Source of the DNA: a virus
Lineage: Duplodnaviria > Caudoviricetes
DNA length: 35,910 bases
Direction: 5' to 3' (one strand)
Virus record (IMG/VR): IMGVR_UViG_3300002091_000060
Location: 1 to 35,910 of that record
The notes beneath the pieces are model-generated. The model was not told the DNA's origin, ran no database searches, and was given only the letters and a program-made list of their open reading frames with translations. A program made the position numbers and the translations under genes. Positions 19,601 through 26,799 of the stretch are shown piece after piece. Numbering within the stretch: position 1 is the stretch's first letter; each line of letters begins with the position of its first letter.

Positions 19601-20788
19601 TAAGGGTTGGCAATTCTGAGGAACTACCCCTCCTTGCATTCCGTTGAAATAGCAACTATCAAATCTTGCTTGATCATAGGTAGAACCTAAATAAACCGCA
19701 ACCCCTCCTCCAAGACCTACGTTGCTAGTACGTGGGTAATTATCTCCGTAAGGAAACAAAAATTCGCAATTTTGAAAGTTAAGTTTTTTGACGCTTTTGA
19801 AGACTGACGACCAACCCTGCGTTCCCTCTGGTTCGCTTAACCTAAAAGCAGAGTGGCAATTAGTAAAAGTGCAATTTTCAAACTCAAGCAATTCAGAAGT
19901 AGCTCCAACATAGGCTATGTGATAAAACCCAAGTGAACTTTCGCTGCCTGATGCTGGCGAGTTTCCTCTTTCAAAGCGAATGCCTGTAAACCGAAGGCTT
20001 TTGAATTGAGAATAAAGTTGAAACAAAGCGGCTCCGTTGGTGGGTGTTACGTTAGTATACAGAACCGAATCATTTCCAACAAAAGAAAGTTTGGTTGTGC
20101 TGTTACCTCCTGAAAATCGTAGGTAACTAGAAATTCCCGTATTAACAAGCGTAAAAGGCGTGTTCAGCGCATACGTTTTAGAATCAAAAAATACAACTGC
20201 ATTACCAAGGGTTACGGCATAGTTAATTGCATTTTGAATTGCTACAGTATCATCAGTAACCCCGTCTCCAATAGCCCCGTAATCAGAAACATAAACATAC
20301 TTTGGTGCGGTAACAGGGGTTGTAGGCCCACTACCTCCTTGTGCAGGAAGCCATTGTGGATAACTTCCATTGCCACGACTGGTTAATACATAATTTACTG
20401 GCCCGCTAGGCAACCATGAAAGAAGTTGGCCTCCGTTATTTACAAGAAGTTGTCCAATCGTTCCATTAGGAATTATTGCGGTAGTTGTTGTTTGAGAGAA
20501 GGCTCTCAAAAAATAACAAAGCAACCCCTCCCCCGCATTTCTTGAAATACCAAAAACAGTTCCTGTGAAATTTGGGAATTGCCCATCGCAAGGCGTAGTC
20601 CAAACAACTTTTCCATTGACAACACTCTTGCTAATTAGGCCGTAAAGTGCCGTCGTTAGGTTGTTAATTAGTGAAGGAACGGACTCTGCCGAAACTTGAG
20701 GATATGGTAGCTCTGGCGCACAGGCACTTCCATAGGGGCTATACCCAAAAGGAGAGCCATTAGAATTATTGTTACATCCACATGACAT
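16640..20788 (-). CDS. Tailspike / receptor-binding protein with right-handed beta-helix (pectate lyase 3-like) depolymerase domain (1382 aa)
   Basis: VYVSDYGAIGDGVTDDTVAIQNAIN motif; repeated beta-helix rungs (FENCTF, FQNCEF, ITGNYF, ISNNVF); C-terminal S/T/G-rich repeats; Cys-containing N-terminal anchor region. Confidence 0.85.
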   Translation of the reverse strand: MSCGCNNNSNGSPFGYSPYGSACAPELPYPQVSAESVPSLINNLTTALYGLISKSVVNGKVVWTTPCDGQFPNFTGTVFGISRNAGEGLLCYFLRAFSQTTTTAIIPNGTIGQLLVNNGGQLLSWLPSGPVNYVLTSRGNGSYPQWLPAQGGSGPTTPVTAPKYVYVSDYGAIGDGVTDDTVAIQNAINYAVTLGNAVVFFDSKTYALNTPFTLVNTGISSYLRFSGGNSTTKLSFVGNDSVLYTNVTPTNGAALFQLYSQFKSLRFTGIRFERGNSPASGSESSLGFYHIAYVGATSELLEFENCTFTNCHSAFRLSEPEGTQGWSSVFKSVKKLNFQNCEFLFPYGDNYPRTSNVGLGGGVAVYLGSTYDQARFDSCYFNGMQGGVVPQNCQPLDGFLNVIAPNTVITNCEFKNNLYETILASQFNRSSVRLNSFVQPEIGSNVTVSVNYIPDASSLVVGQLYTFNVNAYNTFDTLGTSGVYKYVSGPSTIIIGSSLVFQRMSDSYLGAGVNLLLSPLGTKQTNSLVPAGSTIPFVGFGIQAVPLNYALNQNTLIVTSCNFDSESLKDYLGNNFIFQNLPYASATYEARPSPCIFTNVASTITGNYFSNFNLAIRNTVASGVVVTKPVTITGNYFNVIRTFPTLSMQGQSILTETFNSIISNNVFRQQDSLCGSSFINVAYGQKNISNNTFSVDNILSPYNYGNPWVANSQIAANAYFYFGSYVYYVTTGGTFASASSVNFTGTTGRTFTGNTTASGTSLTNVSSTTGLVAGQYINGTGITSGTTISSIYGNTITLSQAATITQTGASFYASENNGSTVTITNVSSVSGLNVGQYVSGTGVSSGAFIALINGNVITLSQPISTFGTGVSFSSTGLTNYSGTQSNGSVSYIYVGSNLYQPTCVITYQNGYNDSNGRAIPWDNLIKDNRVLNVDYFTNSTWSSIIENYLGSPNLGFSNSYSHRVKNRIASFDATKTGWVRINAAQNPNVYDGCIDAEIELAGLKFEVSTGSYNFAFINVIRNRNTNPISFDRIRVISSDGRYLVDIHVNDLNFLSSIPQRQISSYSEDGLFILNDSVQSSVITSMATSGSNTAMTCVGHGLTTGQYIFISDSLAQTSTSINNNSYQVTVVDQNTFTIPSVTVINNGTAEFFTQTNSASLSGFVEIGGSQGLSLTGSGASATFTISSGGVVNNYTLVNGGSGYTNAPALIFSSPIYSFTGNTTSASNSITSVTPTANLVSGQTITGSGIPTGTIITNVTGSTVSISQNATATATGVSLQSRPVAPSVSSTVVSGSVTGFTINYGGAGFATAPTATILDGIAVPNIYPSISNFGQGTSIYGSPQNKIYPAFIGQICYNTKDNLFYIGTGSGSNYSWHLMTTTQQ

Positions 20789-20795
20789 ATCCGCA

Positions 20796-20824
20796 AATAT
20801 TGATCACTGATAGTTTTTTGTAAA
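20796..20824 (-). promoter_or_regulatory. Possible sigma70-like promoter upstream of the tailspike
   Basis: Minus strand TTTACA-17 nt-AATATT in a 52-nt AT-rich gap; would give a near-leaderless transcript. Confidence 0.3.
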
Positions 20825-20840
20825 GACAAAATGCATATAT

Positions 20841-21107
20841 TTACACCTTTGCCTTTTTGGGCTTTTCATCGTCGTCGTCATCATCAAATTCGTCAGGAAG
20901 GAAATCACCATCAACCCACTTTTTAATGTGGTTTTCTAACGCGAATCCGTTTCCATCAAATATCTCGCAGTGCTGTGTTTCTCCCTCTTCGTCTACCCAG
21001 TTAATAAACAATCCCGTGTTGGAAAAATGCTCGGAGATCACTTGCATCGCCTTGTTTATTGCCTCCCATCCTTCGTTTGTTACGTTGTTTGGTTGTTGGC
21101 GTTTCAC
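20841..21107 (-). CDS. Hypothetical protein with acidic/basic tail (~88 aa)
   Basis: GTG start at 21107 just after the endolysin stop is more plausible than the overlapping track start at 21158; ends DEFDDDDDDEKPKKAKV. Confidence 0.65.
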   Translation of the reverse strand: MKRQQPNNVTNEGWEAINKAMQVISEHFSNTGLFINWVDEEGETQHCEIFDGNGFALENHIKKWVDGDFLPDEFDDDDDDEKPKKAKV

Positions 21108-21109
21108 TC

Positions 21110-21595
21110 CTATGTGATATGCAGATATTTCTTCAAATCGTCGAGACGATTGTTCCAACCAGCCAAGAATTTTTCATCGTATGGATGGGCTTTTACTATC
21201 AAAGAATTTACTCGCTTTTGGTCGGCAATAAATTTAGCGGCATCGTTGCCAGTCCTGTACAAGATCTTGTACGCTTGCGCTGACCCGCTAACAATCTTGC
21301 AATTGAACCATGCCTCACCAACTTTTTCTGGCATATGGTCAACATGGTACTTATCCCAGTTGTACCAGTATAATTTTGTTGCTGTATCGCAGGTAAGATT
21401 CCTGATGTCATCTTTTGTGAGATTGAATGGAGTATCACTAAACTCTCGGAAGTCGCATCCCCACTTAGTTACGCCGCCATCATCGCCTTGGACTTCCTCT
21501 GCAATGACGTAATTATAATCACCATAGTGGCCCCTTGCAAATACACATTCATGTTGGAATATGAACGGCAGAAAATTGCTAAAACGAGGTGTCAT
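21110..21595 (-). CDS. Endolysin, glycoside hydrolase family 108-like lysozyme with C-terminal peptidoglycan-binding motif (161 aa)
   Basis: HE..D.GGVTKWG, DIRNLT..A..LY..W and KFLAGWNNRL match the GH108 / PG_binding_3 pattern. Confidence 0.85.
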   Translation of the reverse strand: MTPRFSNFLPFIFQHECVFARGHYGDYNYVIAEEVQGDDGGVTKWGCDFREFSDTPFNLTKDDIRNLTCDTATKLYWYNWDKYHVDHMPEKVGEAWFNCKIVSGSAQAYKILYRTGNDAAKFIADQKRVNSLIVKAHPYDEKFLAGWNNRLDDLKKYLHIT

Positions 21596-21968
21596 GCGCT
21601 AGCAGGTAATCTTTAGGGTCTCGTCGTAGTTCCGTTGTGTTAGTTTCGTACTGTGGAAGCTCTTGATTGCTTTCAATGCGTTGGCTAGATCTTTCATCAA
21701 TATGTTGCAACGCCGTGACCGCCTTCCAGTCCATTACGGCTGTCCCTGTAATGAGTGTCGTCACAACCGCACCGAAGAACATCACGACCAAGTTTGCGAG
21801 TTCCACTATCTCCTTTGCTGCTTCTGCATGGGTCAGAATCAGGAACGCAGAACCAGAGAAAACAAGAAGAACACACAATGATCCGAAAATCGCATAAAGA
21901 CACTTTTTGCTGTCTAGAGGTCTCTGCTCTAGTTTCTGTTTTATTACAGATGACCTAGAAGGCTCCAT
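21579..21968 (-). CDS. Putative holin or antiholin, two TM segments (~129 aa)
   Basis: SKKCLYAIFGSLCVLLVFSGSAFLIL and LANLVVMFFGAVVTTLITGTAV hydrophobic segments; overlaps the endolysin start. Start placed at ATG 21968. Confidence 0.6.
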   Translation of the reverse strand: MEPSRSSVIKQKLEQRPLDSKKCLYAIFGSLCVLLVFSGSAFLILTHAEAAKEIVELANLVVMFFGAVVTTLITGTAVMDWKAVTALQHIDERSSQRIESNQELPQYETNTTELRRDPKDYLLAHDTSF

Positions 21969-22381
21969 GCCGCCCCCCCTGCTATGAATCCTGCCCCAAC
22001 AGATATTAACCACGCCTCCGCTAGCGCAGGAGGGGAGAACGCAAGCAGCGTGGACGAGAAGCGAAGCACTCCAGCAAATGCAATGAATCCAACAAGGCTA
22101 GAGCAAATCAATAGAAGCATGTGCAAGTGGTGTTTTGCGGTGGAAAGTTCCTTTGTAGCGACATTCAGCTTGTTTTCTGTGTCGTGTAGCTTTGCTGTCT
22201 GCGTGTTTACTGCGTCTTGAACGACCGCTAGCTCGTTTTTAGCGGCAGTTGCTTGATCTTGTGCATCATGGACTAATTGACGCTGGTGTTCGATTGTTTT
22301 AAGAATGTCATTTTTAGTTATCGTTGTAGCCTGAACCGCTACCGCCATGACAAATAAAATTGCTAATGCGAGTTTATTCAT
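21944..22381 (-). CDS. Signal peptide + coiled coil + C-terminal TM hairpin protein, candidate inner-membrane spanin (145 aa)
   Basis: MNKLALAILFVMAVAVQA signal peptide, heptad region, two C-terminal hydrophobic helices. ATGA overlap with the lipoprotein gene fixes the start at 22381. Confidence 0.5.
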   Translation of the reverse strand: MNKLALAILFVMAVAVQATTITKNDILKTIEHQRQLVHDAQDQATAAKNELAVVQDAVNTQTAKLHDTENKLNVATKELSTAKHHLHMLLLICSSLVGFIAFAGVLRFSSTLLAFSPPALAEAWLISVGAGFIAGGAAWSLLGHL

Positions 22382-22569
22382 TTTTGTGTTTTTAACCATT
22401 GTTGAATTACTATTGATTTATTGTCAACCGCAGAAAGGTTGCCTTGAATTGCGCTGATATTGTCCACCGCAGGAGCCACCGAAATTGTGGTGGGGTTATG
22501 AGCGCAACCTCCAAGGATAAGGAAAATTGTTCCAAAGAGTGGCATCAATGCTTCCCAAGTTTTTTTCAT
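22378..22569 (-). CDS. Small lipoprotein, candidate outer-membrane spanin (63 aa)
   Basis: MKK..LFGTIFLILGG-C lipobox; ATGA overlaps on both sides. Confidence 0.65.
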   Translation of the reverse strand: MKKTWEALMPLFGTIFLILGGCAHNPTTISVAPAVDNISAIQGNLSAVDNKSIVIQQWLKTQK

Positions 22570-22727
22570 CGGTTGGCGTTTTTGATAATTGTTAGAATTG
22601 AAGCTAACGCAGAAAGACCAAGGCAAATCCATTGGGCTATAGGTGGAACCTCTGGGACAATCGAAAACATCAAGAAAGTCAAACTTGTAGCAGACCCTAA
22701 AAGGGGAGATTGTCCTGAAGTGTTCAT
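22566..22727 (-). CDS. Small two-TM protein, putative holin (53 aa)
   Basis: MNTSGQ..SLTFLMFSIV..WICLGLSALASILTIIKNANR with a basic C-terminus; ATGA overlaps on both sides. Confidence 0.55.
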   Translation of the reverse strand: MNTSGQSPLLGSATSLTFLMFSIVPEVPPIAQWICLGLSALASILTIIKNANR

Positions 22728-23137
22728 AACGCTAAAAGATATTCCCACGCAGAAAGCAGTCCGTCTTGAATATTGGAAGGTAGGTTCTCTGAAGATAGAG
22801 AGAATGTCCGTTGACCAAGTGGTGATGTGACGCTTACTGCGGCACTTAATACGGAACGGAAAGATGTTGGGACTTGGACGCTCACAACCGAGGTTGTGCC
22901 ATTGATGGATGTAATGGTCTGATCCTGCGACTCAAATGTTACACCAACCTGACTTTCATGTTCCAACACAACTTGTGAGACGACCTCATCTGCGGAAAGT
23001 TGCGATCCTAGCCACGCAATGAGGGTTGACGGAACGCTGGCAAAAGGAGTGTCCGAGAGATCCACTGGAGCCGTGGCATTGTAAGCCCCGTTTTGGTAGT
23101 ACCTAATAAGATGTGAAGGGGTAAATAAAAGTGTCAT
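22724..23137 (-). CDS. Hypothetical protein, possibly fibre-associated or chaperone (137 aa)
   Basis: TAATG-coupled to the upstream fibre-like gene. Confidence 0.6.
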   Translation of the reverse strand: MTLLFTPSHLIRYYQNGAYNATAPVDLSDTPFASVPSTLIAWLGSQLSADEVVSQVVLEHESQVGVTFESQDQTITSINGTTSVVSVQVPTSFRSVLSAAVSVTSPLGQRTFSLSSENLPSNIQDGLLSAWEYLLAL

Positions 23138-23769
23138 TAGCTGATTTTTGTAAATGCTATAAAGCTGTTGGCTCGCAAATACACTGGATTACTTGCATCA
23201 ACCGCTGTTCGTTGGGCCACCTCAAACGTGAATGTTCCGCCACCTGTTGCCACGGTGACAGTTCCCTGTGTTTCTGAAAAAATAGTCTTGTTTGGAGCAT
23301 CTGCAAACCCTCCTAAGGCATACCACCAGTTAATTCCATTTCTGAACTGCCCAGCAGTGGGGACCGTCATAGAATAATATCCCGCCGATTGTTGGGTCGT
23401 GGATACCCAAGCGTGATTGGCAGCAAATCCTGTTGCCGCAGTTCCAGAAGTTTGCGTACAGTTAATATTAATTCCTGAGGTTGTGGATGCGGTATCCGCT
23501 ATTATTGACCCCCTGAAAACATAAGTTCCAGCAGGTAAAGTAATGCCTGTGCCAAAAACATAAGTTTGATTGGAAGCACTTACATCGCTTGCTTGAATGA
23601 GATTGTAAATCACCCCAGCCCTTGCATCCGTTAATGACTGTGTCATTAGAGATGTACTTCCTGCCGCCGTTTGATTCGGTGCTGTGTTGTTCGTTCCGCT
23701 AAAAGTCTGGTTTGAGGCCCATGAATTAGCTAACCCAAGAAGCGATTGGATTGGAGAAAAAAGTCCCAT
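23137..23769 (-). CDS. T/S/A/G-rich beta-sandwich fibre or decoration protein (210 aa)
   Basis: LANSWASNQTFSG fibre-like motif, ITLPAGTYVF and terminal NSFIAFTKIS resemble trimeric beta-sandwich tip domains. Confidence 0.5.
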   Translation of the reverse strand: MGLFSPIQSLLGLANSWASNQTFSGTNNTAPNQTAAGSTSLMTQSLTDARAGVIYNLIQASDVSASNQTYVFGTGITLPAGTYVFRGSIIADTASTTSGININCTQTSGTAATGFAANHAWVSTTQQSAGYYSMTVPTAGQFRNGINWWYALGGFADAPNKTIFSETQGTVTVATGGGTFTFEVAQRTAVDASNPVYLRANSFIAFTKIS

Positions 23770-23772
23770 AAA

Positions 23773-24591
23773 TTAAGCCCAGAGGAAAGCGCAAGTGGTC
23801 GTTGTTGAAAACCCAGTAATTGCACCATTAGGAACAAACGATCCTTCCCAAGTTACACTGCCTCCATTTGGTTGCAGAACAAACCCATTTGTTGCGGTAG
23901 CAGTTGTTCCATCCGTTGTGATATACAAGGGGTTAGCTGTCCCGATATTTTGAATTTGCAGATACTTTCTTGTCGTCGCTCCGAGTCCAGTAATTGTGCC
24001 TGAAGTCGTTACTGCGGCTGACCCAAAAGTTCCAGATGCTACGTTTGGGGTTGAATAGGTTGCCCCAATAACATTTGTTCCAGCTGGCAATGGATTGTCA
24101 AGCATCACATTGCTGACATTTTTGCTCAAATTGTAGGTGATCCCCACAGTTCCAGAAGTGATTGTATTAGACCTGAATCTGATATTCTTAAATCCAGAAA
24201 CGTCAATTTGACCGATTGTTGCAGTTGCGGCACTAAATGTAGAAGAAGTATTTCCAGTAGTAAGAGCCGCATAGGTTGTGGCTGTATAGATTGTTCCATC
24301 AACCGATGCTTCGATTGTTACGTTTCCTGTTGCAACAGCATTAGATTGAAATGCGAGCGTTCCAAAATTAGTGGTTGTAACAACAAGTGGTGTGGTGGCT
24401 GTTACTGATCCACTGCCTGTGGAGTCTGGATTTACGCTGCCGATGCTATTTGTTCCAGAGGGAAGTGATCCAGTGATGGTGACGTTGCCTCCGCTGGAGC
24501 CTCCTGATGCAATTTGGCTAGCGAGAGTAAGAATGCTAGCTCTGAAATTTGCAGTGGAAAGATTGGAAGTGATCTCTGGGAATTGTGACAT
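23773..24591 (-). CDS. T/S-rich capsid decoration or fibre protein (272 aa)
   Basis: Directly after the capsid gene. Two LP(S/A)GTNxIG repeats, IEASVDG and RKYLQIQNIGTANPLYI beta-sandwich patterns. Confidence 0.55.
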   Translation of the reverse strand: MSQFPEITSNLSTANFRASILTLASQIASGGSSGGNVTITGSLPSGTNSIGSVNPDSTGSGSVTATTPLVVTTTNFGTLAFQSNAVATGNVTIEASVDGTIYTATTYAALTTGNTSSTFSAATATIGQIDVSGFKNIRFRSNTITSGTVGITYNLSKNVSNVMLDNPLPAGTNVIGATYSTPNVASGTFGSAAVTTSGTITGLGATTRKYLQIQNIGTANPLYITTDGTTATATNGFVLQPNGGSVTWEGSFVPNGAITGFSTTTTCAFLWA

Positions 24592-24615
24592 AGGACTTTA
24601 GGTTTTTTTGAAGCT

Positions 24616-24672
24616 AATCAGTTGAGGTAGCTGGTGCAAGTTTAATCCTGCACCAGCCACCGATAACTAACT
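24616..24672 (-). terminator. Strong stem-loop after the capsid gene (terminator or RNA stability element; no U-tract on the coding strand)
   Basis: Minus strand GGTGGCTGGTGCAGG-attaaa-CTTGCACCAGCTACC (24626-24661), a 15-bp stem with two G-U pairs, extendable by AGTTAGTT/AACTGATT. Confidence 0.65.
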
Positions 24673-24677
24673 ACCTA

Positions 24678-26009
24678 TTACAGACCAGTCGAAGAGGTGC
24701 TGCAAGGAAGCGGCGCACCATCAAATGGGCAACGCTTGTACAAGACAGGAACCACATTCTGCGGGCGCATCGGCTGGATCGCACGTTGGATCTGGTAGAT
24801 GTGCTGACCGAAATCTCCGTAGAGATTGCAATCGTTGTCGCGGAAGTAAGTCCACTCAAGCTCACCCATAGCGAGTTGAGGAGCAAACCTAAAGGTTCCC
24901 TCACCAACATACTGCTCTGGGACGAGACGCTTGAAGGCGTCACCAGCGATGACAAATCCAACTTCGTAGTTTGCTGCAACCCATGCTGGGTTACGGCGTT
25001 GAGCAAAGCCGTTCGTGACAGCCGAGCTAACGATAGGGTTGATCAGGACAAGGTTGCCAGAACCATCAAACCCAGAAGCGCGCAGAGGCTGTTGGTCGAT
25101 ACCAAAAGCGAATCCACGATAGCCTTGGAACTGATAGCCACTGATGCTGTCCTCACCCAACTTGAACGAACCAGCGGTCAAATAGAGGAGATCCTCTTTG
25201 ACGTCCGCATCGTTGCGGATGTTTTCTATGGCGTCAGCGGAGAGCATGACTTGGAAGAACTCACCCTCTTTGGAGGCAAAAGGCTCTGCAAGCATCTCTT
25301 CACGAAGGAAGGTTCCGATGCGATAGAGCGTCTTGAAGTTCAGAGCAGAGTCAGGAAGAATCTGAGCGAACTTGGTGTTGATCTGCTGCATATCACCAGT
25401 GAGGTTGGAGGTGAAGGACTGGGTCGAGTTGACCACATACTTCACACCAGACTGGATGAGATACTGATAACGGATGTCAGCGTTGATGATCTGGAGAATG
25501 CTCTTCTCAAGGCTGACTTGAGCCTGAAGATACGATCCCTTGAACGCCGTCCTAGCTTGCTTAACGCAAATACGAGGGCCAGCACCGCGAAGGGTTTGCA
25601 AGCTGAACTGGTATTCGGTTGAACCAACTTGGTCAGGAGTAGCACCGACGCCGCAAAGCGTAGTGTCATCGACAAAGGTTGGGGAGGCAAGGGAAGCGGC
25701 AGGCACTGCCATTTCCTCGACTACGCTACGGACAACATCCGAGACATTGGGGATAGTTCCGCCGTCGATGGAGTTGATATAGGGAGACTTACGAGCCAAG
25801 ACCTTTGCAATCTGTCCGATGATGCGCGAGACATCCTTGGAGGCAAAATTCTGGATGGTAGCAAGTGGAATACAATTGCTAAAGTTTGCGCTCGCAGAAG
25901 TGGTACTCGAATAAGTATTTGAGTAATTTACTGGAGCCGTATCGGTGTTGGGGATATACCCGCTGTTTGCGACAGCAGAGTTAGCTACCCCAGTTCCTGT
26001 AGAAGCCAT
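24678..26009 (-). CDS. Major capsid protein (443 aa)
   Basis: Size, position downstream of portal and scaffold, strong C-ending codon bias, dedicated leader and downstream hairpin, YRGFAF..D..PLR pattern, tandem TAA TAG stop. Confidence 0.8.
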   Translation of the reverse strand: MASTGTGVANSAVANSGYIPNTDTAPVNYSNTYSSTTSASANFSNCIPLATIQNFASKDVSRIIGQIAKVLARKSPYINSIDGGTIPNVSDVVRSVVEEMAVPAASLASPTFVDDTTLCGVGATPDQVGSTEYQFSLQTLRGAGPRICVKQARTAFKGSYLQAQVSLEKSILQIINADIRYQYLIQSGVKYVVNSTQSFTSNLTGDMQQINTKFAQILPDSALNFKTLYRIGTFLREEMLAEPFASKEGEFFQVMLSADAIENIRNDADVKEDLLYLTAGSFKLGEDSISGYQFQGYRGFAFGIDQQPLRASGFDGSGNLVLINPIVSSAVTNGFAQRRNPAWVAANYEVGFVIAGDAFKRLVPEQYVGEGTFRFAPQLAMGELEWTYFRDNDCNLYGDFGQHIYQIQRAIQPMRPQNVVPVLYKRCPFDGAPLPCSTSSTGL

Positions 26010-26220
26010 AATGTTGAGTTTGGTTGACTTGAAGTAATCACAACCAATTGTGGCAGCGACAACCCCAAGGGTGTACGGCGACTGCGTGCAGTCACGATAC
26101 TAAGTTTGGTTTGGTTTGTCGCTAGCGGCACGCTCTAGCTTTTGTTTGCGGCCTGATTAGTGAATTTTTGCGGCTTCCACCAAGCCATTCCCATACGGAG
26201 GGAACACACCGAGTTGAGTG
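26010..26220 (-). ncRNA. Candidate structured 5' leader RNA of the capsid gene
   Basis: Hairpins at 26188-26204, 26172-26186 and 26121-26139; long stem 26055-26062/26116-26123 enclosing hairpin 26080-26093; A/C-rich linkers. Confidence 0.5.
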
Positions 26221-26250
26221 ACTATTACTAAATGAATGATTAGTAGTCAA
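26219..26250 (-). promoter_or_regulatory. Putative promoter for the capsid transcript, overlapped by an imperfect inverted repeat
   Basis: TTGACT followed 17-18 nt later by TAATAGT; TGACTACTAA...TTAGTAATAGTCA inverted repeat. Confidence 0.45.
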
Positions 26251-26799
26251 CTATATTTTCCAAATTTGTTGATAACCTGAATATATCATAGGGATTCCAA
26301 TTTTCTCAAAATAGTCAGCAATGTATTTCCCTTTGCCGATTTCATTGTCAAGATTGTCATCAACCACAATCATTGTTCCATTTTTCAAGCACTTGGAAAC
26401 TGCTAAAAGCTCGTAGATGTGATGGATGGAAGATGGATGTGGGTTGACTGGGTCAAGGTCATAGCTGTCCAAGTATAACAAATCTATTTTTTGGTCAAAC
26501 TTGTACAGAAACCCAACGCTGTCTTCACAGGCTATTTTAGTCTTTTCGCTTATTGCTTTTGATCTAGCAAACCCAACTGAATCTGGGCTGATGTCTACTG
26601 AATAAAAATTTCCTCCATTTGTTTCAACATAAGCATCAAAAATCAAAGTAGACATTCCATCTCCCTCAAAATTGTTTTCCTCCCTCGCGCACCCTGTTTC
26701 GACGATAATTGGGTTTTTAATTCCATTAAGGAATTCAACCATTTGTCGGAAAGATGCTTCTCTCTTCCCAGTAATAGACAGCATTTTTTCAATGTTCAT
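26251..26799 (-). CDS. Class I SAM-dependent methyltransferase (Methyltransf_24-like, 182 aa)
   Basis: IVETGC, FYSVDI, EDSV, IDLLYLDS and MIVVDDN..GKG motifs. Confidence 0.85.
   Translation of the reverse strand: MNIEKMLSITGKREASFRQMVEFLNGIKNPIIVETGCAREENNFEGDGMSTLIFDAYVETNGGNFYSVDISPDSVGFARSKAISEKTKIACEDSVGFLYKFDQKIDLLYLDSYDLDPVNPHPSSIHHIYELLAVSKCLKNGTMIVVDDNLDNEIGKGKYIADYFEKIGIPMIYSGYQQIWKI

Noticed and set aside
11877-20788. Diversity-generating retroelement or invertible tail-fibre cassette
   Set aside because: The repeats are diverged protein-level repeats. No near-identical TR/VR pair, reverse transcriptase or invertase was seen in the window.
24671-25006. Possible T7 10A/10B-style frameshift or readthrough extension of the capsid protein
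   Set aside because: The capsid ends in tandem TAA TAG, no slippery sequence was seen, and the alternate frame stops at 24671, giving no extension.
24786-25622. 278-aa plus-strand ORF
   Set aside because: Codon-aligned antisense shadow of the codon-biased capsid gene; no independent signals.
26010-26250. tRNA or known riboswitch
   Set aside because: No cloverleaf, T-loop or riboswitch consensus that I could recognise; kept only as an unnamed structured leader.
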